The notes below the pieces were generated by a model. It was not told the DNA's origin. It made no database searches and worked only from the letters and a program-made list of their open reading frames with translations. A stretch of 64,000 bases of DNA from contig NC_086097.1 of assembly GCF_963921235.1 (NCBI RefSeq), positions 682,001-746,000 of the forward strand, written 5' to 3'. The first letter of the stretch is position 1. Every line of letters starts with the position of its first letter. The stretch comes from Mobula hypostoma (Eukaryota). Made by a program: the position numbers and the translations under genes. Shown in pieces: positions 54,601 to 61,369 of this stretch.

Positions 54601-55547
54601 AGTTTCTTAAAAATGTGAATACAGGTCGTAGGGTGGTGATAACCCTTATAGTCAAGTCAAGATTCAAGATTGTTTATTGACATACATCAGTACAGAAATG
54701 TAAAAGAAAATAAAATAAGTAATACAATATAAAAAGAACACAACAAAAACACACAAGAATGCATCACCTACATTGGCTGAGGCATTGACTATTAAAGTTA
54801 GGACAGCATGGTTACATTTCACTGGAATATTGTGTATAGTTCTGGCTACAACAGGACATACATGATTCACCTGGAGAAGGTACAGTAAAGATTCATAAGG
54901 ATGTTGCTTTATTTGGAGGGTTTAAGTAATCAGGTGAGATTAAACAAGCTGGGTCTGTCTTCCCTGAGTGAAGACAAAAAGGCATATAAAATTACGAGTG
55001 CTATTGATAGTGTAGGATGGGTAAAGAAAGGAATGAGGTAAGACAACACATCAGGTATTGATCTGGACTGATGTGCTGTTCTATCCCAAAACTATTGTCA
55101 ATACCGGAGCTTCTATTTACATGAAAAAGTGGAGAACAGGAAACAGACTATGAGAAGAGTTAGATGAACAACAGGGTCAGGATGGACATTATGGGCCAAA
55201 GGGCCTATTCCTGTTCCTGTTCTGTATTGTTGTTCTATCTTCTAACACAGAGCCTCCAGCTGGAATACTCCCTGTGAACAGGTACTGGGAGCATGCTGAA
55301 AGGACCAGAAAATCCAGTGCATGAATTGAGGAGTTGGACTTGAATATTGGAGGTAGATAGGGGACTTAGATACAGGAGGTACAGTAGATAGGGAGGTATT
55401 TATGGGAGGTACAGTAGATAAGGGAGGTATTTACGGGAGATAGATAGGTAAACAGAAGGGAAAAAACCTGTCATTGTCCATCAGTAGAGCCAGTCGTCCA
55501 TAGTCCCAGGCAGCTTTCCGGAGGCAGGAGAATATGAACAATAGCAC
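3329..55547 (-). CDS. TMEM63C: TMEM63C (OSCA/TMEM63 calcium-permeable mechanosensitive channel), partial spliced CDS: 8 internal exons, 665 nt
   Basis: Joined exons read [221 protein letters not shown] with no stop, and all splice phases match. Family motifs are recognised from memory; LTSLFYGEQ and IIKHFHEAYP favour paralogue C over A/B. Confidence 0.93.
3638..3676. repeat. (CA)n microsatellite
   Basis: Uninterrupted CA run, preceded by degenerate CA-rich sequence. Confidence 0.95.
3677..4175 (-). mobile_element. CR1 3' end, same subfamily as 8110-10731
   Basis: [15 protein letters not shown]...; near-identical to the 10213-10715 sequence in reverse. Confidence 0.9.
4245..6243 (-). mobile_element. 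Decayed CR1 (ORF1 end through APE endonuclease and linker)
   Basis: Fragmented ORFs with [11 protein letters not shown] and [12 protein letters not shown] motifs; multiple frameshifts. Confidence 0.75.
6289..6631 (+). mobile_element. CR1 3' end, same subfamily as 62726-63731
   Basis: [31 protein letters not shown]; (TTTCTATG)-type tail. Confidence 0.85.
6632..7395 (+). mobile_element. Decayed CR1 ORF1-end/APE fragment
   Basis: [16 protein letters not shown] (endonuclease motif I) and a GDFN-like region. Confidence 0.7.
7577..7804. mobile_element. Short foldback element made of two inverted Penelope-type terminal repeat arms
   Basis: gcaacacacacaaaat...gcagcat on the left arm versus atgctgcc...attttgtgtgtgttgc on the right arm; cacagaa duplicated on both flanks; degenerate hammerhead cores at the centre. 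Confidence 0.7.
8110..10731 (+). mobile_element. Young 5'-truncated CR1 with an uninterrupted 838-codon ORF2 remnant (8139-10655), catalytically dead
   Basis: APE GDFN/SDH and RT motifs; RT catalytic FADD is changed to FADA (GCC at 9834-9836) and PQG to PRG; (TTCTATG)n tail. Confidence 0.95.
11076..11448. mobile_element. Penelope-like element fragment with an internal inversion
   Basis: [10 protein letters not shown] on the minus strand; [33 protein letters not shown] on the plus strand. Confidence 0.75.
12070..17760 (+). mobile_element. CR1 (5'-truncated) split by an insertion of the same subfamily; outer parts 12070-12426 and 16156-17760
   Basis: MMIKE|EEVL continuity across the insertion; (GGTTATAT)n tail at about 17730-17760. 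Confidence 0.88.
12427..16147 (+). mobile_element. CR1 with partial ORF1 and complete but disrupted ORF2
   Basis: TSD TTAAAGAA (12419-12426 and 16148-16155); ORF1 GDS/GTND/DGLH motifs; ORF2 pieces at 13066, 14227, 14705, 15331 and 15562. Confidence 0.92.
17908..18880. mobile_element. Decayed Penelope-like element: 3' end on minus (17908 to about 18490) joined to a plus-strand GIY-YIG region
   Basis: [13 protein letters not shown]...[13 protein letters not shown]; terminal repeat with a mutated hammerhead core. Confidence 0.8.
19860..20042 (+). mobile_element. Solo 183-bp Penelope terminal-repeat unit carrying a hammerhead motif
   Basis: Perfect 13-bp TSD ATACTTAATGAGT (19847-19859 and 20043-20055); sequence matches the 3' repeat of 61237-62651. 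Confidence 0.88.
19909..19944 (+). ncRNA. Minimal type I hammerhead ribozyme motif
   Basis: agtc CTGACGA agggtctcggcct GAAA C GTC gact: both core boxes, stem II, stem I agtc/gact, and a palindromic ACGT in place of stem III. Confidence 0.7.
20419..22786 (+). mobile_element. Young 5'-truncated CR1; ORF2 remnant open for 747 codons (20468-22711)
   Basis: TSD AAGCAGGA (20411-20418 and 22787-22794); intact PQG and FADD; (TTCTATGG)n tail. Confidence 0.95.
24078..24530 (-). mobile_element. CR1 ORF1 C-terminus and ORF1/ORF2 junction fragment
   Basis: [12 protein letters not shown]; ...[12 protein letters not shown]. Confidence 0.8.
24531..25728 (+). mobile_element. Patchwork of decayed CR1 ORF2 fragments
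   Basis: [26 protein letters not shown] and NYRPVSLT motifs. Confidence 0.65.
26373..26446 (-). CDS. TMEM63C: TMEM63C exon (74 nt) [24 protein letters not shown]
   Basis: Acceptor tttttcttccaaag|GTT; donor CA|gtgagt. Confidence 0.94.
27103..27211 (-). CDS. TMEM63C: TMEM63C exon (109 nt) [36 protein letters not shown]
   Basis: Acceptor tttttgttttccag|T; donor AAG|gtgagc; LWLH TM motif. Confidence 0.94.
27415..28500 (-). mobile_element. CR1 3' fragment interrupted by 27914-28279
   Basis: [18 protein letters not shown]1 3' hairpin/tail near 27415. Confidence 0.7.
27914..28279 (-). mobile_element. Rex/L2-type LINE 3' end (copy 1)
   Basis: Minus strand reads [11 protein letters not shown], then a 3'UTR, AATAAA and a (TTGAC)n tail; highly similar to 33031-33392. 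Confidence 0.7.
28630..29755 (+). pseudogene. Decayed hAT (Charlie/ZBED5-like) transposase fragment
   Basis: EYLKYGF...CEKV..NEAMK...H (BED finger), [18 protein letters not shown] and ATDGAP-like motifs, broken by stops and frameshifts. Confidence 0.8.
29233..29352 (-). mobile_element. Short Penelope terminal-repeat-derived insertion within the hAT remnant
   Basis: TSD GCATGGTAC (29224-29232 and 29353-29361); starts like 7577 (cacaaacaagagaaaatctgcagatgctg). Confidence 0.75.
29756..31489 (+). mobile_element. Older CR1 RT region with a nested minus-strand CR1 3' end (about 30007-30318)
   Basis: [14 protein letters not shown] and FVDDTK motifs in ORF 30412..31047. Confidence 0.8.
31490..32890 (-). 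mobile_element. CR1 3' 1.4 kb, (TCTTATGG)n-tail subfamily
   Basis: [18 protein letters not shown] and FADDTK motifs; ccataaga repeats at 31490-31505. Confidence 0.9.
33031..33392 (-). mobile_element. Rex/L2-type LINE 3' end (copy 2)
   Basis: Same sequence and (TTGAC)n tail as 27914-28279. Confidence 0.7.
33829..33880 (-). CDS. TMEM63C: TMEM63C exon (52 nt) [16 protein letters not shown]
   Basis: Acceptor tttatgttccag|GA; donor GA|gtgagt; phases fit both neighbouring exons. Confidence 0.92.
34649..34791 (-). CDS. TMEM63C: TMEM63C exon (143 nt) [47 protein letters not shown]
   Basis: Acceptor tttgtactcag|A; donor G|gtaagg; hydrophobic TM segment with LPVNFSG; lies inside ORF 34614..34871(-). 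Confidence 0.95.
35398..39281 (+). mobile_element. Full-length CR1 LINE (5'UTR, ORF1, disrupted ORF2, 3' tail)
   Basis: TSD TATGACC (35391-35397 and 39282-39288); ORF2 broken by a stop at 37354-37356, frameshifts, and a deletion of about 230 bp near 38018 relative to the sibling 14652-14882. Confidence 0.92.
35579..36514 (+). CDS. CR1 ORF1p: CxxC..CxxC zinc finger, coiled coil, SGNH esterase-like domain (311 aa, open)
   Basis: ECSICSM...CKRC; ADS (GDS block), VGTND and DRLHL; esterase domains in CR1 ORF1 are established. Confidence 0.85.
   Translation: MEAAVRAIECSICSMWEVRASTIVPDDYTCKRCIQLQLLINRVRELELDELRIIREAEAEINRSYREIVTTKSQETGSWVTVKRGKGNRQNEQSTPVVVLTNNKYIVLDTVEGDDLPGTSCSGCVSSTEMGPSTQKGRREKRRAVVIADSIVRGTDERFCGRDRESQMVCYIAGTKVRNISDRVLGILKREGEQPDVVVHVGTNDMGRKSEEVLNGEFREIGAKLKDRTSRIAISGLLPGPRAGGFRNSKIAQINTWLKTWCRREGFRFIDNWAVFQGRWDLFRRDRLHLNWRGTNILAGRFARKDPVDLN
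39637..41363. mobile_element. Non-autonomous PIF/Harbinger DNA transposon (about 870 bp without the nested CR1)
   Basis: 26-bp TIR GGCTA(T/C)GTCCACACTAGACTGGATAA with one mismatch; TSD TTA (39634-39636 and 41364-41366). Confidence 0.88.
39901..40748 (-). mobile_element. CR1 3' end nested in the Harbinger element, same subfamily as 20419-22786
   Basis: TSD AGAAAC (39895-39900 and 40749-40754); ORF 39977..40714(-). Confidence 0.92.
41545..41582 (-). CDS. TMEM63C: TMEM63C exon (38 nt) [12 protein letters not shown]
   Basis: Acceptor ttttgtttttcggtag|GGC; donor AG|gtatgt; conserved GFCSW motif. Confidence 0.92.
41926..42468 (-). mobile_element. CR1 3' end
   Basis: [11 protein letters not shown]...KTRGHSLR motifs; ccataaga tail repeats. 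Confidence 0.85.
42475..43275 (+). mobile_element. Decayed Penelope-like 3' region
   Basis: LRLEEQHLI...LQPDGMN motif, pyrimidine-rich UTR, terminal repeat with a degenerate hammerhead. Confidence 0.7.
43604..43691 (-). CDS. TMEM63C: TMEM63C exon (88 nt) [29 protein letters not shown]
   Basis: Acceptor ttttctgcag|C; donor GTG|gtgagt; also visible as the tail of ORF 43580..44074(-). Confidence 0.92.
44150..44580 (-). mobile_element. Penelope 3'UTR/terminal repeat
   Basis: Reverse complement of the 62268-62650-type sequence. Confidence 0.85.
44253..44288 (-). ncRNA. Minimal type I hammerhead ribozyme motif (same strand as TMEM63C)
   Basis: Minus strand is identical to 19909-19944. Confidence 0.7.
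45891..46360 (+). mobile_element. CR1 3' end, same subfamily as 8110-10731
   Basis: Near identity to 10251-10717; TTC duplicated at the flanks; (TTCTATG)n tail. Confidence 0.9.
46364..48095. mobile_element. Mosaic: CR1 RT fragment (-), rearranged Penelope fragment, CR1 5'UTR/ORF1 (+, about 47130-47855), Penelope GIY-YIG region (+)
   Basis: Reverse-complement counterpart of 7415-11890; [24 protein letters not shown] motif in ORF 47857. Confidence 0.8.
48838..49352 (+). mobile_element. Non-coding repeat, probably RTE-related, hosting a tRNA-derived SINE
   Basis: Related to 2065-2455(-); family assignment from memory. Confidence 0.45.
49175..49310 (+). mobile_element. tRNA-derived SINE
   Basis: 7-bp acceptor-like stem GCCGGCT (49175-49181) pairing with AGCCGGC (49239-49245); A-box-like cggcatggtgg; B-box-like gagttcaactcc; non-tRNA 3' body ending cgtaaaaa. 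Confidence 0.6.
49845..52746 (+). mobile_element. CR1 (8110 subfamily) lacking both ends, with two nested minus-strand CR1 3' ends (about 51553-51697 and 51740-52349)
   Basis: ORF 49867..50901 is nearly identical to the 8139 ORF; the nested pieces start with ccataaga tail repeats. Confidence 0.88.
52747..54100 (-). mobile_element. CR1 5' portion: 5'UTR, ORF1 (esterase) and ORF2 N-terminus
   Basis: [20 protein letters not shown] and REGLN*, followed by CVYLNARS and ITETW. Confidence 0.88.
55468..55547 (-). CDS. TMEM63C: TMEM63C exon (80 nt) [26 protein letters not shown]
   Basis: Acceptor ttgatttcag|GTG; donor CAG|gttttt (weak); ends phase 2, AG+C=Ser with the next exon. Confidence 0.9.
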
Positions 55548-55916
55548 CTGAAATCAAGATATAGTCTGGCATTAACATCTCTCCGAACATACACAGGCAT
55601 CAGGCCCTGTAAGTTAGCCCACTGTGACAGGTGATGTCTGAATACCAAGCCAATCCCACTCAAACTGGGCTCAAAACCAAATACAGAATCCAGTATTTAC
55701 CTCACCAACTCAGAATTTCAAATGATTTCATGATCAGGTGATTCAGTATCAAAAGCCAAACTTCTTCACTCAGCAGGTGGTGTGAGAGTGTAACGAACGA
55801 CAGTGGAAGTGGTGGATCTGGGTTCAACTATAACATTTGAGAGCAGCTTGGATAGGTATATAATGGGGGATATAGTTAAAGACAAGGAAGAAGATTAGGT
55901 TGGCATGGACTGAATG

Positions 55917-56250
55917 AAATGAAATGAAATATCTTTATTATCATTGCATAGTACAATTTGTCATGCACCAATACAGCGAAAATGAATTTGCAACTCCCAT
56001 ATTCAATGCTATAAAACAAATAAAATAAATAAACAATAAATAAAATCAAGTAATCAGCCAGTACAACCAGCAACCATAAAACCAGTATTAAAGTAGCAAT
56101 ATAACAAATTTATGGATAATGCTTGATCGATTGGTTCAGAGCAATTATAGCTCTGGGGAAAAAAACTATTTTTCAGTCTGGAATTGCCGGCATAGAAAAT
56201 CTTATAACATCTGCCAGATGGAAGAAGTTCAAACAGATGATTGTATCTGT
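55917..56250 (-). mobile_element. Rex/L2-type LINE 3' end
   Basis: LFELLPSGR...RLKNSFF motif, AATAAA, (CATTT)n tail; TSD TGAATG (55911-55916 and 56251-56256). Confidence 0.7.
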
Positions 56251-57024
56251 TGAATGGGTTGAAGGGCCTGTTTCTGCCTAGTTTTAACTGTCATACATAA
56301 AGTACTGGTCAAGGAGTATAGCTGCTTGTCAAAGACAGTTCCTTCATCACAGATCCACAGAGAAAAGGTGACTTGATCCACTCCTTTAATACGGTTCTGT
56401 CTCCTTGGATCTGTGGGAGAACCTAATAACCGTTTGGTTGTTGTGCTGAACTAACTGCTTCCCTCCACCAGCTCTCGAAAAGCAAATCTACTGGGCTCAA
56501 CCAACTGTGGAGTTTATGAAGGCTTTCTAGGCTTTGCTGAGGAAGACTGGTGCCCAGGCTGATCTCTCTTGTGCCACAGGACAGTTATAGAGAGAGTCAT
56601 AGAGTCACAAAGCGATACCGCACAGTTACAGGCCCTTCATCCCAACTGGACCTTGCTGGCCAGAACCAATTTCCTGCATTTGGCCCATATATCTCATGCG
56701 TTCCTACATGTACCTATCCAAAAACTTTTCAAATGATACTATTGTACTTGTCGCAACCACTTCCTCTGACAGCTCATTCCATATACATTTGATTTCCTCT
56801 TGCTTAGGAAGAGCAATATCCCTAACCTTGCCATCCTTGAACACCCTGCTACCTCTGATTACACACTATGACAGTGCCAGTAGCATTATTTTTCACCCAG
56901 AGAGTTGTGGATCTGTGGAATGCTCTGCCTCAGAAGGCAGTGGAAGCCAATTCTCTGGATGCTTTCAAGAAAGAGTTAGATAGAGCCCTTAAAGATAGTG
57001 GAGTCAAGGGACATGGGGAGAAGG

Positions 57025-60000
57025 ACATGGGACCTCTTCTGGGGCAGGTGGGACCTGTACAAGAGAGACGGGTTACACTTGAACTACAGGGGGACCAATA
57101 TCCTTTCAGGGAGGTTTGTTAGTGCTATTGGGGAGGCTTTAAACTAGATTTGCAGGGGGATGGGAACCAGAGTGCCAGAGCTGACAGTGTGGCTGGGGTG
57201 AAAATAAATGATGTTAAAAGTGCAAGCAAATCCGCAAATACAAAGGTTGTGAGTGGTGGTAAAAATCTTCTGAGGTGTATATATTTCAATGCTAGGAGTA
57301 TTGCGGGGAAGGTGGATGAGTTGAGGGCGTGGATTGACACGTGGAATTATGACGTTATAGCAATTAGTAAAACTTGGCTACAGGAGGGGCAGGACTGGCA
57401 GCTTAATATTCCAGGGTTCCGATGTTTCAGATGTGATCGAGGCAGACGAATGAAAGGTGGGGGAGTAGCATTGCTTGTTAGGGAAAATATTACAGCAGTG
57501 CTCAGGCCGGACAGATTAGAGGGCTTGTCTACTGGGTCCCTATGGGTGGAGCTGAGAAACAGGAAAGCTATGGCCACATTAGTGGGATTGTATTACAGAC
57601 CATCCAATAGTCAACGAGACTTGGAAGAGCAAATCTGCAGAGAGATAGCAGGCAACTGCAGGAAACATAAAGTTGTGGTGGTAGGGGATTTTAATTTTCC
57701 ATATATTGATTGGGATTCCCATACTGTTAGGGGTCTAGATGGTTTAGAGTTTGTAAAATGTGTTCAGGAAAGTTTTCTAAATCAATATATAGAGGGACCA
57801 ATTAGAGGGATTGCAATATTGGATCTCCTGTTAGGAAACGAGTTAGGACAAATGACGGAAGTCTGTGTAGGGGAGCACTTTGGTTCCAGTGATCATAACA
57901 CCATTATTTTCAATTTGATCATGGACAAGGATAGATCTGGTCCTCGGGTTGAGGTTCTGAACTGGAAGAAGGCCAAATTTGAAGAAATGAGAAAGGTTCT
58001 AAAAGGCGTGGATTGGGACAGGTTGTTCTCTGGCAAAGATGTGATCGGTAGGTGGGAAGCCTTCAAAGGAGAAATTTTGAGAGTGCAGAGTTTGTATGTT
58101 CCTGTCAGGATTAAAGGCAAAGTAAATAGGAATAAGGAACCTTGGTTCTCAAGGGATATTGCAACTCTGATAAAGAAGAACAGGGAGTCGTATGAAATGT
58201 ATAGGAAACAGGGAGTAAATCAGGTGCTTGAGGAGTATAAGAAGTGCAAGAAAATACTTAAGAAAGTAATCAGGAGGGCTAAAAGAAGACATGAGGTTGC
58301 CTTGGCAGTCAAAGTGAAGGATAATCCAAAGAGCTTTTACAAGTATATTAAGAGCAAAAGGATTGTAAGGGATAAAATTGGTCCTCTTGAAGATCAGAGT
58401 GGTCGGCTACGTGCGGAACCAAAGGAAATGGGGGAAATCTTAAATAGGTTTTTTGCGTCTGTATTTACTAAGGAAACTGGCATGAAGTCTGTGGAATTAA
58501 GGGAATCAGGTAGTCAGATCATGGAAACTGTACAGATTGAAAAGGAGGAGGTGCTTGCTGTCTTGAGGAAAATTAAAGTGGATAAATCGCCGGGACCTGA
58601 CAGAGTGTTCCCTCGGGCCTTGGAGGAGACTAGTGTTGAAATTGTGGGGGCCCCGGCAGAAATATTTAAAATGTCGCTGTCTACGGATGAGGTGCCGGAG
58701 GATTGGAGAGTGGCTCATGTTGTTCCGTTGTTTAAAAAAGGATCGAAAAGTAATCCGGGAAATTATAGGCCGGTAAGTTTAACATCAGTAGTAGGTAAGT
58801 TATTGGAGGGAGTACTTAGAGACAGAATCTACAAGCATTTGGATAGACAGGGACTTATTAGGGAGAGTCAACATGGCTTTGTGCGTGGTAGGTCATGTTT
58901 GACCAATCTATTGGAGTTTTTCAAGGAGGTTACCAGGAAAGTGGATGAAAGGAAGGCAGTGGATATTGTCTACATGGACTTCAGTAAGGCCTTTGACAAG
59001 GTCCCGCATGGGAGGTTAGTTAGGAAAATTCAGTCGCTAGGTATACATGGCGAGGTGGTAAATTGGATGACATTGGCTCAATGGAAGAAGCCAAAGGGCG
59101 GTAGTAAAGAATTGCTTCTCTTGTGTGGAGGCCTGTGACTAGTTGTATGCCACAGGGATCAGTGCTGGGTCCATTGTTATTTGTCATCTGTATCAATGAT
59201 CTGGATGATAATGTGGTAAATTGGATCAGCAAATTTGCTGATGATACAAAGATTGGAGGTGTAGTAGACAGTGAGGAAGGTTTTCAGAGCCTGCAGAGGG
59301 ATTTGGACCAGCTGGAAAAATGGGCTGAAAAATGGCAGGTGGAGTTTAATACAGACAAGTGTGAGGTATTGCACGTTGGAAGGACAAACCAAGGTAGAAC
59401 ATACAGGGTTAATGGTAAGGCACTGAGGAGTGCAGTAGAACAGAGGGATCTGGGATTATGGATACAAAATTCCCTAAAAGTGGCGTCACAGGTAGATAGG
59501 GTCCTAAAGAGAGCTTTTGGTACATTGGCCTTTATTAATCAAAGTATTGAGTATAAGAGCTAGAATGTTATGATGAGGTTGTATAAGGCATTGGTGAGGC
59601 TGAATCTGGAGTATTGTGTTCAGTTTTGGTCACCAAATTACAGGAAGGATATAAATAAGGTTGAAAGAGTGCAGAGAAGGTTTACAAGGATGTTGCCAGG
59701 ACTTGAGAAACTCAGTTACAGAGAAAGATTGAATAGGTTAGGACTTTATTCCCTGGAGTGTAGAAGAATGAGGGGAGATTTGATAGAAGTATATAAAATT
59801 ATGATGGGTATAGATAGAGTACATGCAAGCAGGCTTTTTCCACTGAGGCAAGGAGAGAAAAAGACCAGAGGACATGGGTTAAGGGTAAGGAGGGAAATGT
59901 TTAAAGGGAACATTAGCGAGGGCTTCTTCACACAGAGAGTGGTGGGAGTATGGAATGAGCTGCCAGACGAGGTGGTAAATGCGGGTTCTTTTTTAACATT

Positions 60001-60156
60001 TAAGAATAAATTGGACAGATACATGGATGGGAGGTGTATGGAGGGATATGGTCCATGTGCAGGTCAGTGGGTCTAGGCAGAAAACGGTTCGGCACAGCCA
60101 AGAAGGGCCAAAAGGCCTGTTTTTATGCTGTAGTTTCTATGGTTCTATGGTATGGT
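57025..60156 (+). mobile_element. CR1 with ORF1 C-terminus and near-complete ORF2 (frameshifted near 59070-59125, stop near 59561), inserted into another CR1 3' end (about 56886-57024 + 60161-60260)
   Basis: ORFs 57150, 59123 and 59570; AAGG duplicated at the flanks; the host 3'UTR resumes at 60161. Confidence 0.92.
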
Positions 60157-60544
60157 AAGGCAGGAATGGGGTACTGATTGTGGATGATCAGCCATGATCA
60201 CAGTGAATGGCGGTGCTGGCTCAAAGGGCTGAATGGCCTACTCCTGCACCTATTGTCTATTATAATGTTGTATATTTAACTATATGCTGTATTTGCACTT
60301 TATGTCAACTTTTACAAATACAGAATATTTTGTATCTGTTAATATTATTTTATGTCTGTGTGTGATATATGTACTGTGCTTTGTAGCTTGGTTTCAGAGC
60401 AACATTGTTTCATTTAGCTGTTGTTTTTATGACCTGGCTATTCAGAAAGCTGGCAAATCGGCTTCTGGTTTAATGAGTGCAGTTTCAAGATCTCCCATTC
60501 ACTCATAGAAGGTTTGGTTAACACAGGCATCCGAGTCCACACAA

Positions 60545-60852
60545 GCCTCACATTCCCTTCCACACTCCAGAAACCCAGTTCCTACACTCCTTCTCACCTT
60601 CCGGAAACCCCCCATACACACACACCCTCCCACACCCTACAATCCCCCACACTCCCTCCCACTCCTCAGAACCCCCCAGCACCCCTCCCACTCCCTGGAT
60701 CCCCATTCACTCCCCGGAAACACCCGCCCACTTCCTGGAACATCCCCCTCCCACTCCCTGGAATCCCTCACCACACTCCCACTTCCCGGAATCCCTCACC
60801 ACCTCCCACTCCCCAGAATCCCTCACCACACTCTCACTCCCCGGAAAGCCCC
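60545..60852. repeat. Degenerate C-rich minisatellite (cccactccccggaa-like units)
   Basis: Recurring ccactcc..ggaa(t/a)ccc units. Confidence 0.7.
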
Positions 60853-61333
60853 ATACTTGCTGTTGGAACTGCTTCTTTTCATATTGTATGTCAAAGGTTT
60901 GGGTGAAGGAGTTGATGGCTTCATGGCCAAGTTTGCTGATGATACAAGGGCAGGTAGTGTTTGGGGTGTCTGCGGAAGGAATTGGATAGGTTGGGAGAAA
61001 GAAGTCGCAGATGGAATATAATGTAGGGAAGTGCATGGGAATAAAGACACTGACTTCTTTGTAAATGGGGAGAAAATTCAAAAATCAGAGGTGCAGGGGG
61101 ACTTGGGTGTCCTCGTGCAGGATTCCCTAAAGGTTAACTTGCAGGCTGAGTCTGTGGTAAGAAATGCAAATGCCATGTTAGCATTCATTTCGAGAGGACC
61201 AGAATACAAAAACAAGAACGCAATGCTGAGGTCTTAAACAACAGGAATTCTGCAGATGCTGGAAATTCAAGCAAGACACATCAAAGTTACTGGTGAACGC
61301 AGCAGGCCAAGCAGCATCTCTAGGAAGAGGTAC

Positions 61334-61369
61334 AGTCGACGTTTCAGGCCGAGACCCTTCGTCAGGACG
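61334..61369 (-). ncRNA. Minimal hammerhead motif in the inverted terminal repeat
   Basis: Minus strand: cgtc CTGACGA agggtctcggcct GAAA C GTC gact. Confidence 0.65.

Noticed and set aside
55455..55467. U12-type donor at the weak splice site
   Set aside because: GTTTTTTCCC does not match the GTATCCTT consensus.
60514..60906. Proline-rich 130-aa ORF
   Set aside because: Translation of a C-rich minisatellite.
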